The notes under the pieces were generated by a model. That model was not told the origin of the DNA and searched no databases. It worked only from the letters and a program-made list of their open reading frames with translations. This document shows, piece after piece, positions 24,400 through 34,856 of a stretch of DNA of 40,329 nucleotides. The stretch spans positions 1 through 40,329 of the forward strand of contig JAUCBJ010006623.1 in the NCBI GenBank assembly GCA_032718475.1, written 5' to 3'. Numbering within the stretch: the stretch's first letter is position 1; each line of letters opens with the position of its first letter. Origin of the DNA: Nemertoderma westbladi (lineage: Eukaryota; Animalia; Xenacoelomorpha). A program made the position numbers and the translations under genes.

Positions 24400-24558
24400 C
24401 AGGGGCGATAAAGGACCAGGGGCGATAAAGACTCGGGGGCGATAAAGACCCAGTGGCGATAAGTTCCTCAAAAACTCAGAACTGGGGGGCGATAAGTTCC
24501 CAACAAAAATGCAATTTATAGGGGCGATAAAGGACCAGGGGCGATAAGGTCCTGCTTC
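24400..24558. repeat. Cluster of seven GGCGATAA sub-repeats, possibly a DNA-transposon terminus
   Basis: (G)GGGCGATAA(A)G motifs at roughly 17-36 bp spacing, all in one orientation; no inverted partner found in the window. Confidence 0.6.
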
Positions 24559-25084
24559 GGTCTTACAGACATCAATTTTGCAACAAAACACCAGAGGATT
24601 CTGGAATTTTTTCGGGTTATTCAGAACAGGACTGTAATAGACTGATATATTTTTATTGGACTGTTATCAATTTTAATGCATAATTACTTTTACTATATCA
24701 ATTTAATTGATTAAAAATAATAATAATAGTACAACTTATGAGTATTATATTTCAGTTTTTTCGAATTTTTTTAATTTTTTTTTTAATTTTTTTTTCGAAA
24801 GTATTTTTTCCTTTTTTCGTAAGTATTTTTTTCATTTTTTGCACTTTTAACTGTTCACTTGTTGTTATATTATAATATGTGTTTTGAACTGTCCCAATTT
24901 TAAATTTCTGATTACAATTTTCGTAATGGAAGAAGCTTTTCGTGAATTTGTTTGATCTCGGCTATTCGTATGAAGAAAACCGCGATGTGATTGTGTCTAC
25001 AAGGACAATTCAATGTCACATCACATGCAGCAGCAGTGACTTAATCTTAGAAAATAATTTAATGTAGGAGACATCCCACATATA

Positions 25085-25720
25085 GCGGCAGCAATTAAAC
25101 GCGAACCATCCATCCTGTGGGTACACCGGCACATGGAGTATAAACGCGAACCATCCATCCTGTGGGTACACCGGCACATGGAGTATAAACGCGAGCCATC
25201 CATCCTGTGGGTACACCGGCACATGGAGTATAAACGCGAGCCATCCATCCTGTGGGTACACCGGCACATGGAGTATAAACGCGAACCATCCATCCTGTGG
25301 GTACACCGGCACATGGAGTATAAACGCGAACCATCCATCCTGTGGGTACACCGGCACATGGAGTATAAACGCGAACCATCCATCCTGTGGGTACACCGGC
25401 ACATGGAGTATAAACGCGAGCCATCCATCCTGTGGGTACACCGGCACATGGAGTATAAACGCGAGCCATCCATCCTGTGGGTACACCGGCACATGGAGTA
25501 TAAACGCGAACCATCCATCCTGTGGGTACACCGGCACATGGAGTATAAACGCGAACCATCCATCCTGTGGGTACACCGGCACATGGAGTATAAACGCGAA
25601 CCATCCATCCTGTGGGTACACCGGCACATGGAGTATAAACGCGAGCCATCCATCCTGTGGGTACACCGGCACATGGAGTTTATTCTGTTTATAAAAAGGT
25701 TCGCGTTTAATTGCTGCCAC
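25085..25720. mobile_element. MITE-like element with 23-bp TIRs and TA flanks enclosing a minisatellite
   Basis: Left GCGGCAGCAATTAAACGCGAACC (25085-25107) and right GGTTCGCGTTTAATTGCTGCCAC (25698-25720) are inverted repeats with one mismatch; TA lies on both sides (25083-25084, 25721-25722). Confidence 0.75.
25096..25679. repeat. 45-bp minisatellite, 13 copies
   Basis: Unit TAAACGCGA(A/G)CCATCCATCCTGTGGGTACACCGGCACATGGAGTA. Confidence 0.97.
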
Positions 25721-26722
25721 TATGGACAGTGAATACACAGCAAAAATACTCCTTTCTTTTCACAATTGCAAAGTTAGAGTTACAGTAGAACTACAGTACA
25801 GTATATCTACTACAATATAACTACAGTAGAACTCCAATTTTTGGTACAAATCTTTGTACTACACATCTCCCTCTGGCGTTAATGGCAGAAAATAATATGA
25901 TATTATTTATAGTTGTAGTGTATTTTTTCTTTAGTAGTTTATAGTTATATTATAATTGTCTGCAATATTCTGGAAAATGTTTTATGTCAACGACTTAGGC
26001 TTAATTTTATACTAAAATACAAAATTAACCTTGAATATACAATTTGTTTGATACTGAAATATAATGTATATAACCCTTTGCAGGCTGATAGCCCCAGAAA
26101 ACTCCCGGTTTATATTTTTTACTTTTCTCAGATTACAATTTAAGATATTTGGTGTAAATTATATGTTGTATGGAAAAACAATCAAATAGTCGAAAAAGGA
26201 GCATAAGGAGCATATAGGCCTGATTATCAATAATTATTTGATTTAAATTTGTGTCTCATCACACCTCGATGACAGTCGCCTAACTCTACCAATGGTATTG
26301 AGATAATGGGGTGAAATGGAGCGAGAGTGAGTTTAATGTTACATTAAGTATTATTAATTAATGGAAAGAAGCAGGTTACTGCGTTGGCAGTGTATTCAAA
26401 CCAAAACAATAAATGAAATATAATTCATAATTAGGACTTTACGACCAATTTTCGGGAAAGGACGCTTTTCCGCTTTCGACCAACTCACCCACACCCCGCC
26501 CACTATCTGATATGCTCACAAACACAAATTGACGTCCGCATCTCCTACCGGTTCTTTAATGTTCTCAGGTCCTCAACTAATGTAACTTTATTTGTAATTT
26601 TCATCCAAAAGTAACACGGTGCGTTAAGAACGCCTCTGCATTTAAGTAACATATATCCTGTTTGTTTGAGTTAGATGGATGGTAGGCGTAGGTTCAACTA
26701 TTGTATGAATCCTTGTTTAGAG

Positions 26723-26760
26723 CATAGCCTACTATACAGTGTATTGTATAGTAGGCTATG
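26723..26760. mobile_element. 38-bp palindromic mini-MITE with 8-bp TSD (hAT- or P-like)
   Basis: CATAGCCTACTATACA-gtgtat-TGTATAGTAGGCTATG (perfect 16-bp arms) flanked by the direct repeat GTTTAGAG at 26715-26722 and 26761-26768. Confidence 0.8.
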
Positions 26761-28279
26761 GTTTAGAGGAAGAAGTGGGCTTTATTTTTCTTAAGTTAAA
26801 TAAGGAAATTCAATCAGGCTTGACGCCCACCATCTACCTACACTACGAAGTACATAAACACAGCACAGTGCTCCAGTAGCTTAGCATTACGGTTTCCTGT
26901 ACAATATTGCAATAGCAGTGCAGATATAATCAGCTCTCTGTAAGGGATCACATATTGAAATTTAATCTCCCACCCACTCACACCTGTCAACCATCAACTG
27001 TCATGTCAATTATGAAAAAAATACTAAAAGATGATCAATGGCCCTGAATTTAATTAACTATCTGATAATTAATTTTATACTGTTTAAGATTTGTGTGACA
27101 CATGTTTGATATGTTGATTACTGCTGATTAGTTAATTCATATAAGAGTTACTCTGTAGTTACTTCTGTGCTGCATATGATGAGTATTGTTCCCCGTGCGG
27201 ACACATGCGCACACCAATTGAATTAAAATCTCTGCCGTGGACGCTAATATTTCTTCTACCTTTTTAGCAGTTATCATTAGTCATGACTTACTTACTTTCT
27301 CTATGTTATGATTGAAAGTTGTTGAATCACAATTCAATTCATTTTATGTAGGCCTATACAGAGCCTACTATCAGCTCCGTTTGCTGTATATCTAGTACAA
27401 GTAATCAATATTATTTACTATGAAACTCATTTATGGAAGATTTTTAAAAAATACACAATTATTTAGAATCTCAATTAATCATTATCAATCATTTGAGTTA
27501 TTGTCCGTTTTTCAGGATTAATTTACAAAGGGATCTGTCATCCTAAAGACCCGACTTAACGATTTGAGATGTTCAGTACCATCCCTGCTACTTACCACAA
27601 CTGGGCCTCAGCAATGCGCTATAATGTTGGGTAATTTTAACGAAGAATTAGTCAGGGGATTAATTTGACTATCAAAGTCCTCAATTGAATTGCTTTGTCT
27701 CCTGTGCCTCTTTACGTAGATACGCAATGATTGCGCGTTTAGCAGTAGTCGGTATTATGGGATGAACACCTAAGCAGGTAATGTATTTTGGCATATTATT
27801 TGATACCAACTATGCAGATGTCTATTCAATTTAGAAGTAGAATTTATCTGGCCTTATAACTTAACATGTACAAATGATACATTTATCGGTAATCTCGAAC
27901 ATAGACGTTTCTTGTAATACTCGGTTTTTGTGATCAATCTTAAGTGGATTTATATATATTATTATACATTTTAATATCATTTTTAATGTGTCATGAGCCA
28001 TAGAAGTTTCACTGTTTTAATTAGGTTTGTGGAAGGCCTGATGTAATCGATATTTCGCGCCTTCGTAAGCAAAACAACAAAAATACGCTCCCTCGTGATT
28101 TTTATTTAGAATGCAATAATTACAACATAATTATCCCCTTTCCTCACCTCAATATCCCCTTGTCATCTACACCCAATATACCACGGCCTTCCCAAACCGG
28201 TCACCTATCAATCACCTATAAACCCCCCCAAGTCAACCATATTGCAATATTATCACCATCCCTTCTGATAAACCACAAC

Positions 28280-28640
28280 CCAATAAGGGGGCTTCCCCTG
28301 TTTAATGCCTCGTTCTTTCTTATTGCAATTAACCCTGTCCAGTTAAATCTAGGGATTCTTTATCCAATAACTCAATGAGATAACACTGGCAGTAAACGTT
28401 TATTGGTCAGTTGAAACAAGTCAATATCAAATATGTTTTGTTCAAATATGTTCAAATGTGTTTAACAACCTTTGGACAGGAAAGTTAACTCCTTTAGCAG
28501 GTGATAATTAGGGGTCAACTCCACATTGACCTCTAGTACCGGATTTATAAGAGCCAGTTTCACATTAATTAAACAGTCAGTAACATCAGGCCTCGTAGAT
28601 GGCAGTCCTTGGTAGCTGTATTTGGGCGTGTGGGTAAGGC
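28280..28640 (+). promoter_or_regulatory. Candidate Pol II core promoter and short first exon of the nuclear receptor gene
   Basis: CCAAT/ATTGG boxes near 28281, 28364 and 28402, TATAAGA at 28546, Inr-like CAGTCAGT at 28574-28581 about 30 nt downstream, donor-like G/GTAAGG at 28633/28634. Motif evidence only. Confidence 0.3.
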
Positions 28641-29611
28641 TCATTCTGAGGAACTGAGGTGCTTGCGCACTCTGCCCGCTGGCTACTCCGTTCGTCCCAG
28701 GATTGACGGTTTAGCCGTGAGGAAAATGTAGCAGCATCTTCCCAGGCTTTGACTGTCAGATTACGGTAGTTCTTGCGCACTTTGTCCGTAGACTTAGTGG
28801 GGCGACCTCGGTTAAACCTCTAAGCCGTAGGACAAAGAAGCAAGCAGCTAACCATATGTATCCAGTCAGTCCCACCCCCGTTTGTGGTGTTTTGCATTAA
28901 TTCCATGTTCCACCAATAGCGTGAAGCTGCACCAAGTTTATTACGACTTTTCCAAGACTTTTTTCCATATTTGACTAAAATCCATTATTTTAGACTTATT
29001 TTCATAGACCCTTTATTGCTTTACATTTTTCAGAGTATTTTAGCATAACGAAACGACTAAAATACTGTATTTTATGTGCTATTTTTCGGTTACAATTTTT
29101 TGGATTGTATTATTTTTCCAAGCTATACCTTGGATCCTAACGGACCCAAAGCACTCGACCCCCTCACCCAGTTTCTCTTTTTCCCTCTTCCCAGAGGTTT
29201 TTCTATGGTGTTACGTAGTATACGCTATTTTTATACCATAAGCAAGCAATATAACATCTGGAGAGAATATAAATCATTGTGTTATAGTACTATCTTGAAA
29301 GGGTTGTGGATGTCCGTAAATAACAAGTCATTGAAGGAACGTGTATTACTGCGAGCTATTTTCAAGTCAGACTTGATACCGAGAAACCAAAACAGTAAGG
29401 AAAGTGAAAGTAACACTTTTTGGAACTTTTAGAGATACAAAGCCGTTTTAGGAGCTTATCGTGCCAGAGGCAGGATAAATCCATTACACCTGATAAACCA
29501 ACCCTAAACCCAAGCCGTACAACCAATCCACCAAACTGATTAAATAAACGATAAACTACTGTCACAGTGCTTCGAATGTTCTTAGCAGCACATCCATTAT
29601 TTGTGCTGAAC

Positions 29612-29677
29612 CATGGAATACTAAATATAGACATTTAGTTTCTATTATTTCTATATTTCTATATTTAGTATTCCATG
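29612..29677. mobile_element. 66-bp palindromic mini-MITE with 7-bp TSD (P-like termini)
   Basis: Perfect 20-bp TIRs CATGGAATACTAAATATAGA / TCTATATTTAGTATTCCATG flanked by the direct repeat GCTGAAC (29605-29611, 29678-29684). Confidence 0.8.
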
Positions 29678-30789
29678 GCTGAACACAAATGCGACATTCT
29701 AACACGAATCTATCACTAACACATCTAACCCACCACCTATCAGTACATGTATCACAGCAAAAAGGTTATTGGAGCCAAAGCAATAACCTGCAATGTTGCA
29801 AAAGCAACCGGACCCGGCAGTTATAAAAATTCTCGTCTACGCACCTCTGTCCAGAAAATATATAGGCACAGCACATAGAGCAGAGTGGCACCAATGCAAA
29901 TATATTAGTACAAAATACTCGAGTTACAAGCACGATAAACTAAACACGAATAGTTAATGAACGCCTACAGTTACAGTAAGTCAGTCGACAAATATCTGAA
30001 TTCTCAGTTGTTTATTGGAAACGGAGTTGGTAGGTGCGCGGAGGTTTAGAGTATCAGTAAATCGACACATTGACGTGCAAACTGCCGGACTAACAGACCG
30101 CTGCACAGCACAGCGGGTCCGTTCCGGTAAACAACTCCAAATTTCTGCTACTTATTGTTTGAAATACTTAACGGACTACTTGTCTCGCGTGGCGGTCCTA
30201 TATGGGTAGAAAGAGAGCCCAATAATGGAAGGGACAGACAAACACACTGAAATCGGTTGGCCCCCAATTTACATCGAACTTATTTATATAAACCGATAAA
30301 TTAAACTGCGTAATAATGGGAGTATATCCATCCGGGTAAGCGTGCTCATTTATTTAAACAACAACCCTCGAAAAAATATGACAATTAATAAAGTTCGTAT
30401 TAGGTTAGGCTGGTGTTGAGTTGAGTTGAGTGTTATTATCGGATTAGTAATGGTTGAATTCCAGTATTGCTGCCTTGGTGAATTTTTTTCTTTACTAATA
30501 AGTGCGCGTCGCATTTCTACTGTTTACCGTTCCACCGTTCCACCGTTTATAAATTATATATGTTTGTATATTTCTAAAAAATTTGACGAGTTTTTTTATA
30601 TGATGGTTAATACAGGTGGTAGGCCTATTGCGTTCACGGAGGGTGGTTGATACAGGTGGTATTGTACCATAAATATCGGTGTTTGTCATGTGTTGTCTCC
30701 AGCTGATGTTTATGACTTCATATATATCTGATAATTATTCAATTTTTATTTTTGAGGTTGATTGCGTAGATGTCATGGGAGATTAGAAG

Positions 30790-31130
30790 GTCTATTTCGT
30801 GTAGACATTGCTGTTATGGACTCAGCAACATACGCCCCTAGATCTCGCGGTCATCCATACAATTCCCTGTCCTCAAGTTCTCAATGTCATTGGCTGTCCC
30901 CCACGTCTATTCTCACAAGCAGGCTGCCACAACATAAGGTTGTGTACAGATTGTTCCTGCCGGGGAAAACTGTATCCAGCTTTCCAGGAAGTGGCATCTC
31001 TGCAGTGTGATGCTGAGTTTTCACCATGATATGTTGCCATAGTTGTATGACACCTCATTGCTTATGTCAACAACATGGCAATGTTGTGCATCCAGCCCAA
31101 CATCCTGGTATTATTGCTGACTGCGAAGAT
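30790..31130 (-). mobile_element. Degenerate RTE-like LINE 3' fragment
   Basis: Minus-strand translation ...KAGYSFPRQEQSVHNLMLWQPACENRRGGQP resembles the RTE-clade C-terminal AGH..R....LVLWxP...R.RGRP pattern; TRML upstream. Confidence 0.55.
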
Positions 31131-31289
31131 AAAGACCACCTTCGACTGATTCGCGATAGTAGTGCTGTAATAATGGTAGTTGCTGTTCAGTACCGACGCG
31201 ACGCTTGTGGCACCTCCTTTCGGTACATAGACCTGCTTTAACAACAATTACAATAGTCAAATATATAATAGTCGATAGATAGATACCAG

Positions 31290-31600
31290 AGCACTAGGTC
31301 TGGTACTACAAGTGTAAGACTGTGTATCGCGCACTCTGTTGAATTGTTGTTTTAGGTAATTGGGACACTTACCATTATACACTTTATGCACATGGTTAAG
31401 GCGTAGCTGCTTAACTCTACTATCTAAGTTAAGTAGTCCAGATTCAGAAAAGTCATCTGGAGTTAGGTGGTGCCTAGGTTTGTAGTCTTTAATAAATCGT
31501 ACTACTTTATTCAGAGGCATTTGTAATTTACCTTCATACCAAGAAGAGCAGGCATAGTCCATGTAACAATGACCTTATCTGCTTAACATTTATTAACATT
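31290..31600 (-). mobile_element. CR1/L2-group LINE ORF2 C-terminal fragment
   Basis: DYACSSWY...LQ..NKVVRFI...GLLNLDSRVKQLRLNHVHKVYNGKCPNYLKQQF...SY..STR, typical of the post-RT region of CR1/L2-group elements. Confidence 0.78.
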
Positions 31601-32017
31601 TTTTTTCTAAGAAATAATATAAATAGATTATTCGATTCTTTTTTCCTAATGCCGTTATGCAGAATACATGGATCGACAACTATAGATTCAACGCTCTTCC
31701 ATTTAATTCGTCTTCTATCTTGTCCGTATCCTCCAATAACCAATGCTTCTCTATCTATGCAGTGATTGCCTAAATCATAGTGCACTCCTACCATTGATGT
31801 ACCTCCAATTCCCTTCTGATAGGCGGTTTTGTGCTGATGAAACTTCTTGCGTGGCCGCAGTGGCCGCCATCTACGACCTGCTATTGGCCAGATAGTCGAC
31901 ATATTGCGTAAAATGGCATAAATTTTACAAAGTTTGCAATTCCGTTAAAATAGATTCCTACTTACAGGTATTCTTATTAAATACCAAATAATTTTTATTT
32001 ATTTTTTTTATTCACAG

Positions 32018-32048
32018 ATTCTCTAACGATTTACAGTAGTTTGAGGAG
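32018..32048 (+). other. Putative short 5' UTR exon of the NR5A gene
   Basis: T-rich tract ending TTCACAG (32017) and perfect donor GAG/GTAAGT (32048/32049); it has a stop in the frame needed to join the next exon, so it is probably non-coding. An alternative acceptor lies at TTTACAG (32036). Confidence 0.5.
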
Positions 32049-32493
32049 GTAAGTGTTGTTTATATTATAGTTGTTGTAGGCCTGAGGAGGTAAGTGTTGT
32101 TTACATTATAGTTGTTGTAGGCCTGAGGAGGTAAGTGTTGTTTATACTATAGTTGTTGTAGGCCTGAGGAGGTAAGTGTTGTTTACATTATAGTTGTTGT
32201 AGGCCTGAGGAGGTAAGTGTTGTTTACATTATAGTTGTTGTAGGCCTGAGGAGGTAAGTGTTGTTTACATTATAGTTGTTGTAGGCCTGAGGAGGTAAGT
32301 GTTGTTTATACTATAGTTGTTGTAGGCCTGTGGAGGTAAGTGTTGTTTACATTATAGTTGTTGTAGGCCTGAGGAGGTAAGTGTTGTTTATATTATAGTT
32401 GTTGTAGGCCCGAGGAGGTAAGTGTTGTTTATACTATAGTTGTTGTAGGCCCGAGGAGGTAAGTGTTGTTTCCATTATAGTTGTTGTAGGCCT
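32042..32493 (+). repeat. 41-bp minisatellite, 11 copies, each carrying a consensus splice donor
   Basis: Unit TGAGGAGGTAAGTGTTGTTTA(C/T)ATTATAGTTGTTGTAGGCC. Confidence 0.96.
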
Positions 32494-32539
32494 GCGTCTT
32501 TAGTTTATTATGTAAATATGTAGAATAATATAACTTTTT

Positions 32540-32642
32540 GTTGGGCACAGCTTTTGCAAATTCGACAATGACGTCCAGGTGGGATCGAACTGGTGACCTC
32601 TGGGTTGGAAGTCTGACGCTGTAACCATTCAGCTAGCGGCTT
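32540..32642 (-). mobile_element. tRNA-derived SINE head or tRNA pseudogene
   Basis: Minus strand reads TAGCTGAATGG (A box)...GTTCGATCCC (B box) at tRNA-like spacing; anticodon and acceptor stems pair poorly, so it is not a functional tRNA. Confidence 0.7.
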
Positions 32643-32900
32643 AGGTAAAAGATAGACCTGGAAGAAATACTATCTGATACCTTGTATGTCCGGAATTTAC
32701 CTTATCATGGCCTCCCATCTGTCAATACCATAATCTGCTGCCACTGTGCTCAACCCTACAGTATTTGGCCATCTTTACACCAACAGTCAACACCAACTGA
32801 GTTTTATACTAATTAAATTAATTAAATTACTGTATTTACATGAGAACGAGTATAAATAGTCTCTTTCTCCATTGTTTCAGATAGAGGTGAAGGGAGAGTG

Positions 32901-33104
32901 ATGGAACGGATTACAGTAGACTGTATACCTCCTGTTGATCTGAGTGTCCGCAGTCTGTACCCGGAGGCCGAACTGACCAAGCTGAGCCCCACCCCACTTA
33001 GTCTGGGAGCAGTTGAACTCACCCCCATCTGCCATCCAGCCATCGGATACGATGACGATCTCAAAGGAAGTTTTGATGAACTTTGCCCCGTCTGTGGCGA
33101 TAAG
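32901..33104 (+). CDS. ftz-f1: NR5A/FTZ-F1 nuclear receptor, coding exon with A/B region and start of zinc finger 1 (exon begins at 32881)
   Basis: Acceptor CTCTTTCTCCATTGTTTCAG ends at 32880; ATG at 32901 in GTGATGG context (start codon inferred; the frame is open back to the acceptor); peptide ends YDDDLKGSFDELCPVCGDK; donor AAG/GTAAGT, phase 0. Confidence 0.88.
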
Positions 33105-33133
33105 GTAAGTAGTTAGTTAGATAGCTGTACGCG

Positions 33134-34656
33134 ACATTCTACTCTCTGCTATATGTTTCTGTTCACTATTGATATCTACTAACTTCTACTTTCTACTATC
33201 AGCTCTATGTTTCTGTTCACTATTAATATCTACTAACTTCTACATTCTACTGTCAGCTCTATGTTTCCATTCACTATTGATATCTACTAACTTGTACATT
33301 CTACTGTCAGCTCTATGTTTCTGTTCACTATTGATATCTACTAACTTGTACATTCTACTGTCTGCTCTATGTTTCTGATCACTATTGATATCTACTAACT
33401 TGTACATTCTACTGTCAGCTCTATGTTTCTGTTCACTATTGATATCTACTAACTTGTACATTCTACTGTCAGCTCTATGTTTCTGTTCACTATTGATATC
33501 TACTAACTTCTACTTTCTACTGTCAGCTCTATGTTTCTGTTCACTAATTGATATCTACTAGCTTGTACATTCTACTGTCAGCTCTATGTTTCTGTTCACT
33601 ATTGATATCTACTAACTTCTACTTTCTACTGTCAGCTCTATGTTTCTGTTCACTATTGATATCTACTAACTTGTACATTCTACTGTCAGCTCTATGTTTC
33701 TGTTCACTATTGATATCTACTAACTTGTAAATTCTACTGTCAGCTCTATGTTTCTGTTCACTATTGATATCTACTAACTTCTACTTTCTACTATCAGCTC
33801 TATGTTTCTGTTCACTATTGATATCTACTAACTTCTACTTTCTACTGTCAGCTCTATGTTTCTGTTCACTATTGATATCTACTAACTTCTACTTTCTACT
33901 GTCAGCTCTATGTTTCTGTTCACTATTGATATCTACTAACTTGTAGATTCTACTGTCAGCTCTATGTTTCTGTTCACTATTGATATCTACTAACTTCTAC
34001 TTTCTACTATCAGCTCTATGTTTCTGTTCACTATTGATATCTACTAACTTGTACATTCTACTGTCAGCTCTATGTTTCTGTTCACTATTGATATCTACTA
34101 ACTTCTACTTTCTACTGTCAGCTCTATGTTTCTGTTCACTATTGATATCTACTAACTTCTACTTTCTACTATCAGCTCTATGTTTCTGTTCACTATTGAT
34201 ATCTACTAACTTCTACTTTCTACTATCAGCTCTATGTTTCTGTTCACTATTGATATCTACTAACTTCTACTTTCTACTGTCAGCTCTATGTTTCTGTTCA
34301 CTATTGATATCTACTAACTTCTACTTTCTACTATCAGCTCTATGTTTCTGTTCACTATTGATATCTACTAACTTCTACTTTCTACTATCAGCTATATGTT
34401 TCTGTTCACTATTGATATCTACTAACTTCTACTTTCTACTATCAGCTCTATGTTTCTGTTCACTATTGATATCTACTAACTTCTACTTTCTACTATCAGC
34501 TCTATGTTTCTGTTCACTATTGATATCTACTAATTTGTACATTCTACTGTCAGCTCTATGTTTCTGTTCACTATTGATATCTACTAACTTCTACTTTCTA
34601 CTATCAGCACTATGTTTCTGTTCACTATTGATATCTACTAACCTGTAAATTCTACT
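33134..34656 (+). repeat. 54-bp intronic minisatellite, about 28 copies, with TACTAAC
   Basis: Unit CTCTATGTTTCTGTTCACTATTGATATCTACTAACTT(C/G)TAC(T/A)TTCTACT(A/G)TCAG; occupies about 1520 of the 1565 bp of intron 33105-34669. Confidence 0.97.
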
Positions 34657-34669
34657 CTTTTCTCTCCAG

Positions 34670-34856
34670 GTTTCAGGTTACCACTATGGCTTACTAACCT
34701 GCGAGTCTTGTAAGGGTTTCTTTAAACGAACAGTTCAGAATAAGAAGGTTTATTCTTGTATCGAAAACCAAAGCTGTCTAATCGATAAAACGCAAAGGAA
34801 ACGTTGTCCGTATTGCAGGTTCCAGAAGTGTTTGTTAGTTGGAATGAAATTAGAAG
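34670..34856 (+). CDS. ftz-f1: NR5A/FTZ-F1 nuclear receptor, DNA-binding-domain exon (missed by the ORF track)
   Basis: Acceptor TTTTCTCTCCAG (34669); translates [62 protein letters not shown]; P-box CESCKG and [13 protein letters not shown] are diagnostic of NR5A rather than NR5B/HR39; donor AG/GTTTGC, phase 1. The expected next exon (AVRADRMRGGRNKFG, FTZ-F1 box) was not found in the window. Confidence 0.96.

Noticed and set aside
25016-25738. ORFs over the 45-bp array
   Set aside because: Artefact of a 45-bp unit inside a MITE-like element; open in four frames with no protein signature.
32569-32642. Functional tRNA gene
   Set aside because: A and B boxes are present but the anticodon and acceptor stems do not pair properly; better explained as a SINE head or pseudogene.
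32898-33116. Stand-alone 72-aa ORF
   Set aside because: It is an exon: the zinc finger continues at 34670 after the GTAAGT donor at 33105.
33169-34648. Hydrophobic repeat ORFs (ISTNFYFLLSALCFCSLL)n
   Set aside because: They lie inside the NR5A intron defined by flanking exons that join in frame; broken by stops and a 1-bp insertion.
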